Source: Mobula birostris
Taxonomy: Eukaryota
NCBI RefSeq assembly: GCF_030028105.1
Contig: NC_092371.1
Coordinates: 10,080,181 to 10,144,180 of the forward strand
Reading direction: 5' to 3'
DNA length: 64,000 bases
Shown: positions 12,083-25,050 of the stretch, piece by piece
Layout of the letters: every line of letters begins with the position of its first letter
Position numbering within the stretch: the first letter of the stretch is position 1
Position numbers and translations under genes: made by a program
Notes under the pieces: generated by a model
The model's input: the letters and a program-made list of their open reading frames with translations, nothing else
Databases searched by the model: none
What the model was told of the DNA's origin: nothing

Positions 12083-15000
12083 CAAGTCAAGTCACTTTTT
12101 ATTGTCATTTCGACCATAACTGCTGGTATAGTACACAGTTAAAAACGAGACGACGTTTTTCAGGACCATGGTGCTACATGAACAATACAAAAACTACATT
12201 GAACTACGTAAAGAACAACACAAAACTACACTAGACTACATACCTACCCTGGACTGCATAAAGTGCACAAAACAGTGCAAGCATTACAATAAATAATAAA
12301 CAAGACAATAGGCACAGTAGAGGGCAGTAGGTTGGTGTCAGTCCAGGCTCTGAGTATTGAGGAGTCTGATGGCTTGGGGGAAGAAACTGTTACGTAGTCT
12401 GTTCATGGGAGCCCGAATGCTTCGGTGCCTTTTTCCAGAGGGAGAAGAGTTTGTATGAGGGGTGCGTGGGCTCCTTCATAATGCTGTCTGCTTTACAGAT
12501 GCAGTGTGTGGTGTAAATGTCTCTAATGGCCGGAAGAGAGACCCAGATGATCTTCTCAGCTGACCTCACTATCCGCTGCAGGGTCTTGCTATCCGAGTTG
12601 GCACAATTTCTGAACCAAGCAGTGATGCAGCTGCTCCCAATACAACCTCTGTTGAATGTGGTGAGGATGGGGGGGTGGGAGATTGTCTTTTCTCAGCCTT
12701 TGCAGAAAGTAGAGACACTGCTGGGCTTTCTTTGCTATGGTGCTGGTGTTGAGGAACCAGGTGAGATTCTCCACCAGGTGAACAGCAAGAAACTTGGTGC
12801 TCTTAACGATCTCTATGGAGGAGTCATCAATGTTCAGCGGAGAGTGGTCGCTCCGTGTCCTCCTGAAGTCAACAACCATCTCTTGTTTTGTTCACATTCA
12901 GAGACAGGTTGTCGGCCCTGCACCAGTCCGTTAGCCACTGCACCTCCTCTCTGTATGCTGACTCATCGTTCTTGCTGATGAGACCCACCACGGTCGTGTC
13001 ATCGGCGAACTGGATGATGTGGTTCGAGCTGTGTGTTGCAGCACAGTCGTGGGTCAGCAGAGTGAACTGCAGTGGACTGAGCACACAGCCCTGAGGGGCC
13101 CCCGTGCTCAGTGTGATAGTGTTGGAGATGCTGCTTCCAATCTGAACTGTCTGAGGTCTCCCAGTCAGGAAGTCTAGGATCCAGTTGCAGAGGGAGGTGT
13201 TCAGGCCCAGTAGGCTCAGCTTTCCAATCAGTTTCTGAGGAATAATTGTGTTGAATGCTGAACTGAAGTCTATGAACAGCATTCGAACGTACGTGTCTTT
13301 TTTGTCCAGGTGGGTTAGGGCCAAGTGGAGGGTGATGGTAACGGCGTTGTCTGTTGAGCGGTTGGGACGGTACACGAACTGCAGGGGGTCCAGTGAGGGG
13401 GGCAGCAGGGTCTTGATGTGCCTCATGACGAGCCTCTCGAAACACTTCATGATGATGGATGTGAGTGCGACGGGATGGTAGTTGTTGAGGCAGGACACTG
13501 AAGACTTCTTCGGCACGGGGACGATGGTGGCGGCCTTGAAGCACGTAGGAACGACGGCGCTGCTCAGGGGGATGTTGAAGATTTCAGTGAGAATCTCAGC
13601 TAGCTGGTCTGCACATCCCCTAAGCACTCTGCCAGGAATATCGTCTGGTCCAGCAGCCTTCTGTGGGTTGACCCTGCACAGGGTTCTCCTCACAGCGGCC
13701 ACGGTAAGACACAGCACCTGGTCGTTTGGAGGAGGGGTAGGCTTCCTCGCCGCCACGTCATTTTCTGCCTCAAAACGAGCGTAGAAGTTATTCAATGCAT
13801 CTGGGAGGGAGGCATCACCAGCACAGTCAGGTGATGTTGTCTTGTAGTTGCTGATGTCCTGAATGCCCTCCCACATGCGCCGTGTGTTGCCGCTGTCCTG
13901 GAAGTGGCTGTGGATTCGCTGGGCGTGTGCACGCTTTGCCTCTCTGATGGCCTGGGACAGTTTGGCCCTCGCTATTGTTAGGGCTGCCTTGTCGCCTGCT
14001 CTGAAGGCGGAGTCACAGGTCCTCAGCAGTGCACGCACCTCCACGGTCATCCATGGCTTCTGGTTAGCACGTGTAGTGATGGCCTTGGCCACAGTGACGT
14101 CATCGACGCACTCGCTGATGTAGCTAGTCACTGATGCCGCGTACTCCTCCAAGATGGTAGAATCGCCATCGGTTGCAACCTCCCTGAACATGTGCCAGGC
14201 AGTGTGCTCAAAGCAGTCTTGAAGAGCAGAGATGGCTCCTGCTGGCCAGGTTTTCACCTGCTTCTGAACTGGTCTGGAGCGCCTGACAAGCGGTCTGTAT
14301 GCTAGAATTAGCAAAACAGAGATATGGTCTGAGTAACCGAGGTGGGGGTGGGGCTCCGCCCGGAACGCGTTGGGAATGATTGTGTTTGTATCCAACGCGT
14401 TCTCCCCCCTCGTTGCAAAGTCCATATACTGATGGAATTTGGGGAGTGCTGACTTAAGGTTCACGTGGTTAACATCTCCAGCGACAATAAACAGTCCATC
14501 AGGGTGTGCGTTCTGCAGTTCGCTAATAGCCCCATACAGTTCACAAGGTGCTCCCTTAGCATTAGCGCTGGGGGGAATGTAGACACCGACTATAAGGACA
14601 GTGGTGAATTCCTGTGGCAAATAAAATGGTCTGCATCTAAAAGTCACAAACTCCACTAGCGATGAGCAGTATCTTGAAACCAGCACAGAGTTCTTGCACC
14701 ATTCCGTATTGATGTAAACACACAAGCCATCACCGCGAGTCTTACCGGAGAGAGCTGCATCTCTGTCCGCTCGAAACAAGACGAGCCCATCCAGCTGAAT
14801 GACAGCGTCCGGGATTCCATCGGTGAGCCACATTTCCATGAAAACATATGCACAGCAGACTCTGTACTCCCGCCAAGTATTTCGTTGGAGTTGGATGTAG
14901 TCCAATTTATCGTCCAGGGAGCGGACATTGGAGAGCAGAATGGATGGGAGAGCCGGCCGGCCAGGGTTTGCTTTTTGCCTGGCACGGACTCCTGTCCGCT

Positions 15001-15212
15001 TGCCTCACTTCCACTTCCTCGCACACCGCTTACGACGTTCCCACCTCTGGCCACCAGCATCAGGCAACTCTGAGGACTGTAGGCCTGATCCCCTCAGCAA
15101 GCCAAGGTCGCGTAATTTAACCAGCAGATCTTCATGAAGGTTTGTTTTTGGGCGATCTCTATATTGTAGCAGTATCTGGCGATGGTAGATAGTCGCTCTG
15201 TTATCCACGCGC
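12083..15212 (-). mobile_element. Near-full-length Rex1/Babar non-LTR retrotransposon (APE endonuclease + RT), frameshifted
   Basis: 678-aa ORF 12869-14905 with [44 protein letters not shown]; N- and C-terminal parts in other frames; gacttgacttg tail. Confidence 0.95.
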
Positions 15213-15353
15213 TCAAATCAAAAATTGTGCCTTAAAAGTAAACTGAAAAATTTGAATTAAAGTAACACCAGATCCAAAAGGCCACAACTGCCATGCTGCG
15301 CCACCTGCTGGGAATGAAAGGATGACCCGACTAGAACTATACTGCGATGCTAA

Positions 15354-18300
15354 ACAGTGACAGACCCGTCCCCACCGGTACTGTACCCCAGTATTATACA
15401 GCGACAGACCCGTCCCCACCAGTACTGTACCCCAGTGTTATACAGTGACAGACCCATTCCCACCAGTACTGTACCCCAGTTTTATACAGTGCCAGACTCA
15501 TCCGCACTGGTACTGTACCCGGGTGTTATACAGTGACAGATCCATTCCCACCAGTACTGTAAGCCGGTGTTATACAGTGACAGACCCATCCCCAATGGTA
15601 CTGTACCCAAGTGTTATACAGAGGCAGATCTGTCCCAACCAGCACTGTAACCTGGCTTTATAAAGTGATAGTCCCAATCCCACCGGTACTGAACTCTCGT
15701 TGTAAAAATGACAGACCTGTCCTCACCGGTACTGTAGCTCAGTGTTATACAGCAAGAGACTTGTACCCATCTGCATCGGTACTGTACGCTGGTGTTACAG
15801 ATTGACAGAGCTGTCTCCATTGGTAGTGTACAACAGTGTTATACAGTGACAGACCCATCCCTACTGGTACTATATCCTGGTGTTATACAGTGACGGACCC
15901 GTCCCCACCAGTACTGTACCCCAGTGTTAGACAGTGACAGACACATCCCCACTGGTACTGTACCCTGGTTTTATACAGTGATAGACCTGTCCCCACCGGT
16001 ACTGTACCCCAGTATTAGACAGTGATAGACCCGTCCCCACCGGCACTGTACCCCGGTTTTATACAGTGATAGACCCGTCCCCACTGGTACCGTACCCCGG
16101 TGTTAGACAGTGACAGATTGCCCCTACCAGTACCGTACCCCAGTGTTATACAGTGACTGGCCCGTTCCCACCAGTACTGTACTCCAGTGTTATACAGTGA
16201 CAGCCAGTCCCCACCGGTACCGTACCCCAGTGTTATACAGTGACAGACCCATCCCCACCAGTACTGTATCCCGGTGTTATACAATGACAGACCTGTCCCC
16301 ACTGGTACTGTACCCCAGCGTTATACGGTGACACACCTGTCCCCACCAGTACTGTATCCCAGTGTTATATAGCGACAGACCTGTACCACTGGTACTGTAC
16401 CCCGGTGTTATACAGTGACAGACCCATCCCCACTGGTACTGTACCCTGGTGTTATACAGTGACAGACCCATCCCCACCGGTACCGTACCCCAGTGTTATA
16501 CAGCAACAGACTAGTAGCCATCTCCATCGGTACTGTACGCTGGTGTTACAGATTGACAGAGCTGTCTCCACTGGTAGTGTACAACAGTATTATACAGTGA
16601 CAGACCCATCCCCACAGGTACTGTACCCCGGTGTTATACAGTGACAGACCTGTCCCCACCGGTACCGTACCCCAGTGTTATACAGTGACAGACCCATCCC
16701 CACAGGTACTGTACCCCAGTGTTATACAGTGACAGACCCATCCCCACCGGTACTGTACCCCAGTGTTATACAGTGATAGACCTGTCCCCACCGGTACTGT
16801 ACCCTGGTGTTATACAGTGACAGACCCGTCCCCACAGGTACTGCACCCCGGTGTTATACAGTGACAGACCCGACCCCACAGGTACTGTAACCAAGTGTTA
16901 TACAGTGACAGACTCATCCCCACCATTCCCGTACACAGGTGTTATAAAGAGACAGTACCGTCACCACCGGTACTGTACCCCAGGGTGATACAGTGATAGA
17001 CCTGTCCCCACCGGTATCGTACCCTGGTGTTATACAGTGACAGACCCGTCCCCACTGGTTCTGTACCCTAGTGTTAAAAGTGATAGACCCACCAATACTG
17101 TAGCTCAGTGTTATACAGCAACAGACTTGTAGCCATCTCCATTGGTACTGTACCCTGGTGTTACAGATTGACAGAGCTGTTTCCATTGGTAGTGTACAAC
17201 AGTATTATATAGTGACAGACCCATCCCCACAGGTACTGTACCCCGGTGTTATACAGTGACAGACCCGTCCCCACCAGTACCGTACCCCAGTGTTATACAG
17301 CAACAGACTAGTAGCCATCTCCATCGGTACTGTACGCTGGTGTTACAGATTGACAGAACTGTCTCCACTGGTAGTGTACAACAGTATTATACAGTGACAG
17401 ACCCATCCCCACAGGTACTGTACCCCAGTGTTATACAGTGACAGACCCATCCCCACCGGTACTGTACCCCAGTGTTATACAGTGATAGACCTGTCCCCAC
17501 CGGTACCGTACCCTGGTGTTATACAGTGACAGACCCGTCCCCACAGGTACTGCACCCCGGTGTTATACAGTGACAGACCCGACCCCACAGGTACTGTAAC
17601 CAAGTGTTATACAGTGACAGACTCATCCCCACCATTCCCGTACACAGGTGTTATAAAGAGACAGTACCGTCAGCACCAGTACTGTATCATATTGTTACAC
17701 AGTGACAGACGTCCCCATCTGTACTGTACACCGGTGTTATACAGTGACAGACCCATCCCCACCAGTACTGTACCCCAGTGTTATATAGTGACAGACCCGT
17801 CCCCACCTGTACTGTACACCAGGTTATACAGTGACAGACCCATCCACAATGGTACCGTACCCTAGTGTTATACAGTGACAGATTCATCCCTACCAGTACT
17901 GTACCCTGGTGTTATATAGTGACAGACCCGTCCCCACCTGTACTGTACGCCAGGTTATACAGTGACAGACCCATCCACAATGGTACCGTACCCTAGTGTT
18001 ATACAGTGACAGATTCATCCCTACCAGTACTGTACCCCAGTGTTATACAGTGACAGACCCATCCCCACCAGTACTGTACCCCGGTGTTATATAGTGACAG
18101 ACCCGTCCCCACCTGTACTGTACGCCAGGTTATACAGTGACAGACCCATCCACAATGGTACCGTACCCTAGTGTTATACAGTGACAGACCCATCCCCACC
18201 AGTACTGTACCCCAGTGTTATACAGTGACAGACCCATCCCCACCAGTACTGTACCCCAGTGTTATATAGTGACAGACCCGTCCCCACCTGTACTGTACAC

Positions 18301-19500
18301 CAGGTTATACAGTGACAGACCCATCCACAATGGTACCGTACCCTAGTGTTATACAGTGACAGATTCATCCCTACCAGTACTGTACCCCGGTGTTATATAG
18401 TGACAGACCCGTCCCCACCTGTACTGTACGCCAGGTTATACAGTGACAGACCCATCCACAATGGTACCGTACCCTAGTGTTATACAGTGACAGATTCATC
18501 CCTACCAGTACTGTACCCCAGTGTTATACAGTGACAGACCCATCCCCACCAGTACTGTACCCCGGTGTTATATAGTGACAGACCCGTCCCCACCTGTACT
18601 GTACGCCAGGTTATACAGTGACAGACCCATCCACAATGGTACCGTACCCTAGTGTTATACAGTGACAGACCCATCCCCACCAGTACTGTACCCCAGTGTT
18701 ATACAGTGACAGACCCATCCCCACCGGTACTGTACCCCGGTGTTATATAGTGACAGACCTGTCCCCACCTGTACTGTATGCCAGGTTATACAGTGACAGA
18801 CCCGTCCACTATGGTACCGTACCCTAGTGTTATACAGTGACAGATTCATCCCTACCAGTACTGTACCCATTTGTTATACAGTGACAGACCAATCCCCACC
18901 AGTACTGTACCCCAGTGTTATACAGTGACAGACCCTTCCCCCACCGGTACTGTACCCCGGTTTTATACAGTGACAGACCCTCCCCCACCAGTACTGTACC
19001 CCAGTGTTATACAGTGACAGACCCATCCCCAGGTACTGTACCCCGGTTTATACAGTGACAGACACGTCCCCACCGGTACTGTACCCCAGTGTTACACAGT
19101 GACAGACTTGTCCCCACTGGTACCGTACGCAGAGTTATACAGTAACAGACCCGTCCCCAACGGCACTGTAGCTCAGCTCAGTGTTATACAGTGAATGACC
19201 CATCCCCGCCGATACTGTAGCCGGGTGTTATACAATGACAGATCCGTTCCCAATGGTACTGTACAACAGTGTTATACAGTTACAGGCCTGTTCCCACCGG
19301 TACTGTACCCCATATTTTTCAGTGACAGAATTGTCCTCGCCGATACTGTGACCCAGTGTTACAGAGTGACAGATCCGTCCCCACCGATCCTGTATCCCGT
19401 GCTTTTCAGTGACAGATCGGCCCCAACCAACACGACACCGCAGTTTTATACAGTGACAGATCGTCCCCCTCGGTACTGTACCTCAGTGTTATACAGCGAC
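15354..19500. repeat. 44-bp satellite (cagtgacagacccatccccaccagtactgtaccccagtgttata)n, about 4.1 kb, in CRTC2 intron 1
   Basis: Directly visible; degenerate copies also at about 5875-6010. Confidence 0.97.
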
Positions 19501-19539
19501 AGGGGCGTTCCCACTTGGTGTGTAACCCGAAGTTGGTCG

Positions 19540-19930
19540 CGCCAGTACTCTCAGGGGCCCCGGCGTGGAAGTGACCGGAGAGCCCGGGGCCTAGCCAGGC
19601 CGCGGCCCTCGGTTTGATGGTTCGCCGTCGACCCGGGACCGACCCGACGCGCTTCTTACCCGCGAGTTGTTGAGCTCCATCATCACTTCCTCGAAGGCGG
19701 CCGTCTCCTCAGCCTGCTTCTGGTTGTGCAGCGCGATCTTTTCGCTGAATTTCCGAGGGTTATTCGCTGCCGCCATGTTGATGGCGATCGCGCCCTGGCC
19801 GCCCGCGGGCGCTGGGGCGGAGAGGAGAAGCTGTCCGGAACCCGATTGAACCAAAACCCGGCCGCCCGGCGCCTCACAGCGCCTGCCGGGACCTGTGGTC
19901 CACCGACCCCTCCCGTCTCCTCGCTTCAAC
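19540..19930 (-). promoter_or_regulatory. CpG island / CRTC2 promoter and 5' UTR
   Basis: GC- and CpG-dense sequence around exon 1. Confidence 0.75.
19660..19776 (-). CDS. CRTC2: CRTC2 coding exon 1 ([39 protein letters not shown]), CREB-binding TORC_N domain
   Basis: [11 protein letters not shown] hallmark; aacATGG start context; gtaaga donor; 117 nt phase 0. Paralogue call (CRTC2 rather than CRTC1/3) rests mainly on synteny with SLC39A1 and CREB3L4. Confidence 0.93.
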
Positions 19931-21189
19931 TCCTCCGATCCCTGTAGCTCCACCTGGTACTACACCTCCCAAGATGCTCAGCCTCTGAACGTTTGATATC
20001 GGACCCACCTCCCCCCTAGGCATTGTGGTTATCGTAGTTCATTTTTCATAATTCTCGCGGTGCCGACACACGAACTCCTGGAGGAGCAGGGCGGCGTATG
20101 GAGTGTCCACCTTCATCTGCCTCAGACCTTCCTCCCCCTCTTGGAAATGAAACACAAGGGACGGCTGGTGCTGCCGTGTGGGAATGCACGAACTGCCGTA
20201 AGAACTCAGCAGGTCAGGCAGCATCCGAGGGAGGAAAGGGAACCCGTTCAGCCCCGAAACATGTGTTGCTTCAGATTCCAGTATCGCAGCAATTCTGAGG
20301 GTTTTAAGGGTGTGATCCCTCTGTTCCTCCACACATCTACGAGTCCTGCCATTAAGCCCGTATTCTGCCTTCAAGTTCAACCTTCCAAACTGAATCACTT
20401 CGCTTTATCCCGCTCGAACCCCACCTGCACCTTCTGAGCCCAGATGCGCACCCTATAATGTCCCGTTGTAACCGATGTACACTAACCACAAGCAACACGC
20501 TAATCAAAATTTCCTCGTGTTTACGCTAACCATAACACTACCTGTCTCCACTTTGCCTTAAAGTGGACGGGTTTTATTTTTGTAAATTTTCTCAAAGAAG
20601 AGAAAATCTGCAGATGCTGGAAATCCAAGTCACACACACAAAAACGCTGGAGGAACTCAGCAGGTCAAGCAGCATTTCCGAAAAGAATGTCGTCGACGTT
20701 TCCGGCCGAACCCCTTTGGCAGGACTCTCTTTTTGTTCCTATTGTGTTCTTTCTTGTAAAAGCTGTTCATGATTTATCTTTAATTTGCGCTTTATTTGTT
20801 GTGAACAATGTGTATCTGATGCCTTCTGACCCTAATGCTGTATAAGAAAGTTTTTCATTACACCTATGCACAGATCTAGTTGTTCATATGACAGTACACT
20901 CAACCTCCACTTTTAATAATGGGCGACCTAGAATCTAGAATCTAGAGTCTTAACCTGAAAGTCGACTGTCCACTTCCCCTCCATCCCCCACCCCACTCAC
21001 AACGTGGATAACTTCACTTATCTCAACACTGAACTGTTCCACAGTCTATGGGCTCACTTTTCGAGGACCCTACAACTCATTCTCAATATTATTTATGACT
21101 TTTTTTTTGTATTTACATAGTTTATGTTTTTGGGCAAATCCATTGTTTGTTCATCTCTGTGTGCAGTTTTCCAATGATTCTATTGTGTT

Positions 21190-21508
21190 CACACAAAATA
21201 CTCTGCAGATGCTGGGGTCAAAGCAACACGCACAACACGCTGGAGGAACTCAGCAGGTAGGGCAGCATCCGTGGAAATGAACAGACAACGTTTCGGGCCA
21301 AGACCCTTCGTCAGGACTGTCAACGTTTCGGGCCGAGACCCTTCAACCTTTTGACTTACTCCAAGATCAATCTAACTCTTTCCTCCCACATAGCCCTCCA
21401 TTTTCCTGTCCAGTAGATTTCCAGTCCTGACGAAGGGTCTCGGCCTGAAACGTTGACTGTTCATTTCCACGGATGCTGCCCGACCTGCTGATTTCCTCCA
21501 GCGTGTTG
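21190..21508. mobile_element. Inverted pair of PLE terminal repeats with hammerhead motifs
   Basis: Arms about 21233-21319 and 21422-21508 are reverse complements; gattctattg flanks both sides. Confidence 0.75.
21422..21459 (+). ncRNA. Minimal type I hammerhead ribozyme motif (PLE-associated)
   Basis: CAGTC-CTGACGA-AGG(gtctcgg)CCT-GAAA-CGTT-GACTG: stem I, conserved core, stem II, loopless palindromic stem III. Activity is not demonstrated. Confidence 0.7.
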
Positions 21509-21534
21509 ATTCTATTGAGTTTCTTTGTATCTAT

Positions 21535-21930
21535 TGAGGGGACACCTCATAGAAACATTTCGAATGTTAAAAGGCGTGGACAGAGTGGATGTGGCAAAGT
21601 TGTTTCCCATGATGGGGGAGTCTAGTACGAGAGGGCATGACTTAAGGATTGAAGGGTGCCCTTTCAGAACAGAAATGCGAAGAAATTTTTTTAGTCAGAG
21701 GGTGGTGAATCTATGGAATTTGTTGCCACGGGCAGCAGTGGAGGCCAAGTCATTGGGTGTATTTAAGGCAGAGATTGATAGGTATCTGAGTAGCCAGGGC
21801 ATCAAAGGTTATGGTGAGAAGGGAGGGGAGTGGGACTAAATAGGAGAAAATGGATCAGCTCATGATAAAATGGCGGAGCAGACTCAATGGGCCGAATAGC
21901 CTACTTCTGCTCCTTTGTCTTATGGTCTTA
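21535..21930 (+). mobile_element. CR1 LINE 3' fragment
   Basis: LRGHLIETFRMLKG...RRNFFSQRVVNLWN; tcttatgg tail. Further CR1 tails at 22310-22990 and 31630-32110. Confidence 0.85.
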
Positions 21931-24689
21931 TTGCAAATGCCCGCTAGAAAATGAATCTAAGATGACATACAGGTACTTTGACAATAAATTTACTTTGAAC
22001 TTTGAAATGTTTCCCAACCAGCTTGTGTGTTGCTCCAAATTCCAACATCTGCAGTCTCTTGTGTCTCCATTTATAATATTTCACGGGCCGCTGTCGTGCT
22101 GGGCACAGAAAAATGAACCACAATAGATCAGTGGAAAATCTGCTGGAAGAACTCAGCAGGCCAAGCAGTATCTGCATGAGGCGATGGAATCTTGTAATTC
22201 ACAACAGCGCAAGGCATCCAATATTTCAAATCCATTTACTTTCCCATTTGCAATAGAAATTGATTCAGACACACAGTGGACTAAATATGTTGGACTACAA
22301 ATAAATCTACTGGACCGGAAAATGGAGGGCTATGTGGAAGGGAAGGGTTAGATTGATCTTGGAGTAAGTCAAACGGTTGGCACAACATCGTGGGTCAAAG
22401 GGCCTGTACTGTTCTACATTCTATGTCTTATGAGAGAGGGGATGGTCAACCGCACTGGAATATTGTGCTCAGTTCTGGTCACTTCATATGATGAGAAGGA
22501 TGTTGAGGTTTCAGCGAGGCTGCAGAGGAGGTTTACCAGGATGCTGCCTGGACTAGAGAGCATGACTTATGAGGAGAGGTTGAGGGAGCTTGGGCTTTCT
22601 CCTTTGGAGCGAAGGTGGATTGAAGGAAACATAACAGTGTACAAGACGATAGGAGGACTAGATCGAGTGGACTGCCAGAGACTTCTCTTCCCAGGGCAGA
22701 AATGGCTAATACAAGGGGGCATGACTTTAATGTGATTGGAGGAAAGTATATGGGAGATGTCAGAGGTAGGACTTTTAGACAGAGAGTGGTGAGTGCATGG
22801 AATGCCCTGTCCGGGTGATGGTCGAGGCAGATACATTAAGGACATATAAGATAGTCTTAAATAGGCACATGGATTACTGAAAAGTGCAGGGCAATGCAGG
22901 AGGGGAGGGTTAGATTGATCTTAGAGTAGGTTAAAAGGTCGGCACAATACCATGGGCTGAAGGGCCTGAATTGTTCTGTAATGTTCTTCATTCTGTGTTT
23001 AACTCCAGTGCAGACTTCCCATCCAAAAATGTTGACAATTTATGTCCTCTTCAGATGCTGACTGACCTGCTGAGTTCCTCCAGCGAATAGAAGGTTGCTG
23101 TAGAATTTGATCTGCCTTTAGGTATATCACATTTCACTGCTTTACCTCCTGAAAAACCTCTTTTGACCTGGGTCAGACACATTTGTCCTGTCTGCAGAAC
23201 ATCCTGGGACAGACACATCTGTCCTGTCTGCAGCACATCCTGGGCCGGGGACCCTCACCGTCAAGGCCATGATCTCTTCACGCTGTTGAGATCGGGGAGG
23301 AGGTACAAGAGCCTCAAGTTCCACACTACCAGGTTCAGGAACAGTTATTATCCTTAAACCATAACCGTTATTATTCTTGAACCAGTCACCTCAACACTGA
23401 ACTGATTCCACAACCTGCAGACTCACTTTCAAAGACTCTTCAACTCATGTTCTCGATATTTAATGCTTATTTATTATCATCATTTTGCTTTTGAATTTGC
23501 ACAGTTCGCTGTTTGTCCGCATTTGTTGTTTGAGTGTTTTCATTGATTCAGTTGTGTTTCTTTGTATTTAGTGTGAATGTCCGCAAGAAATGGTTAGCAC
23601 AACGCTTTACTGTACTAGCGACCGGGGTTCAATTCCCGCCGCCGTCTGTACGTCCTCCATGTGACTGCGCGGGTTTCCTCCGGGTGCTCCGGTTTCCTCG
23701 CACAACCCAAATACGTACCTGTTAGTAAGCTAATTGGTCGTTGTAAATTGTCTCGTGATTAGGCTAGGGGATTGCTGGGGGGCCAGAAGGATCTGTTCCG
23801 CGGTGTATCGCGGTAGATAAGTAAATAAATAAATAACCTCGGGGCTGTGTACGGTGACATGCGTGCACTCTGACAGCAAGTTGACTTTGAACTTTGAACT
23901 TTCATTGAGGTCTGAGCTCAGCGAGAGCGCTCAGAAACCGCCACATCAGAAACGTGTGATAAATTATGTGACAATCGCGCTCCAGACCGCGGCTGGTTTG
24001 TGCCACGAATCATTGCCTTCCGAATGACTGGTCGTTGTTTCCAGAGCTGTCTGGCAGGCTTTCGTCCAAGTCCCGCAATCTCACTGCTGGGGACCTGTCA
24101 TTGTACATACAAACCTCCTCTCAACCCCGAGATCGTATCAGAATCGGGTTTAATATCACCGGCGTATGTCACGAAATTTGTTAACTTTACGGCAGCAGTA
24201 CAATGCAGTACTTGATAAATATAGAAAAAACATTAAGTATATTAAACAGTTAAACTAAGATATGCATAAACAGAAAGGTTAAAAAAAGTAGTGGGTTCAA
24301 TGTCCATGGCAGAGGGGAAGAAGCTGCTCCTGAATCGCTGAGTGTGTGCCTTCAGGCTCCTGTATCTCCTTCCTCAGGTAGCAATGAGAAGAGGGCATGC
24401 CCTGGGTGGTGGGGGTCCTTGATGGGGCTTTTCTGAGGCACCGCTCCTTGAAGATGTTTTGGATACTACGGAGGCTAGTACCCACGATGGAGCTGACTAA
24501 TTTTACGAGTTTCTGCAGCTTACTTCCATCCTGTGTTGCACCCCACCCCCGTACCAGACAGTGATACAGCCGGTTAGAATGCTCTCCGTGGTACGTGTGT
24601 CGAAGTAAGTATTCCAGTGTTTTTTTTTTGGTGACATATCAAATGGCCGCTGTCGTGCCCTCTTTATAAATGCATCGAGATTGATATCT

Positions 24690-25050
24690 CAGCCTGTGAA
24701 CCCGCTTCCGGGAACTGTTATTGTTATCTGAACCCCTGGATTAGATCCTGACGTGTAACCCTCCGCCGAGGATCTGATATTCTATACATAAACCCCGGAA
24801 GTCCTCTTTGCGTTAGATCCCAGCCTGTAACTCACTCTCGCGGACAAGGTCATGAACTCATAGATTAGATCCCAGCCAATGACCCACCCCCGGAGATCTG
24901 TTATTCTGTATATAAACCCACCGAAACCCTGGATTAGATCACAGCACGCGACCCACTCCCGGGGACCCGTCATTATATATATAAACCCCTCGAATTAGAT
25001 CCCAGCCTGTAACTCATCCGCAGGATCTGTGATCCTTTTATAAACCCCCG
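24690..25050. repeat. Degenerate tandem repeat (ttagatcccagcctgtaactc...tataaacccc)
   Basis: Recurring ttagatc / taaaccc motifs about every 60-90 bp. Confidence 0.65.

Noticed and set aside
15354-19500. Regular repeats as a CRISPR array or repeat protein
   Set aside because: Head-to-tail units without unique spacers, no cas genes, vertebrate context; the 44-bp unit breaks reading frames.
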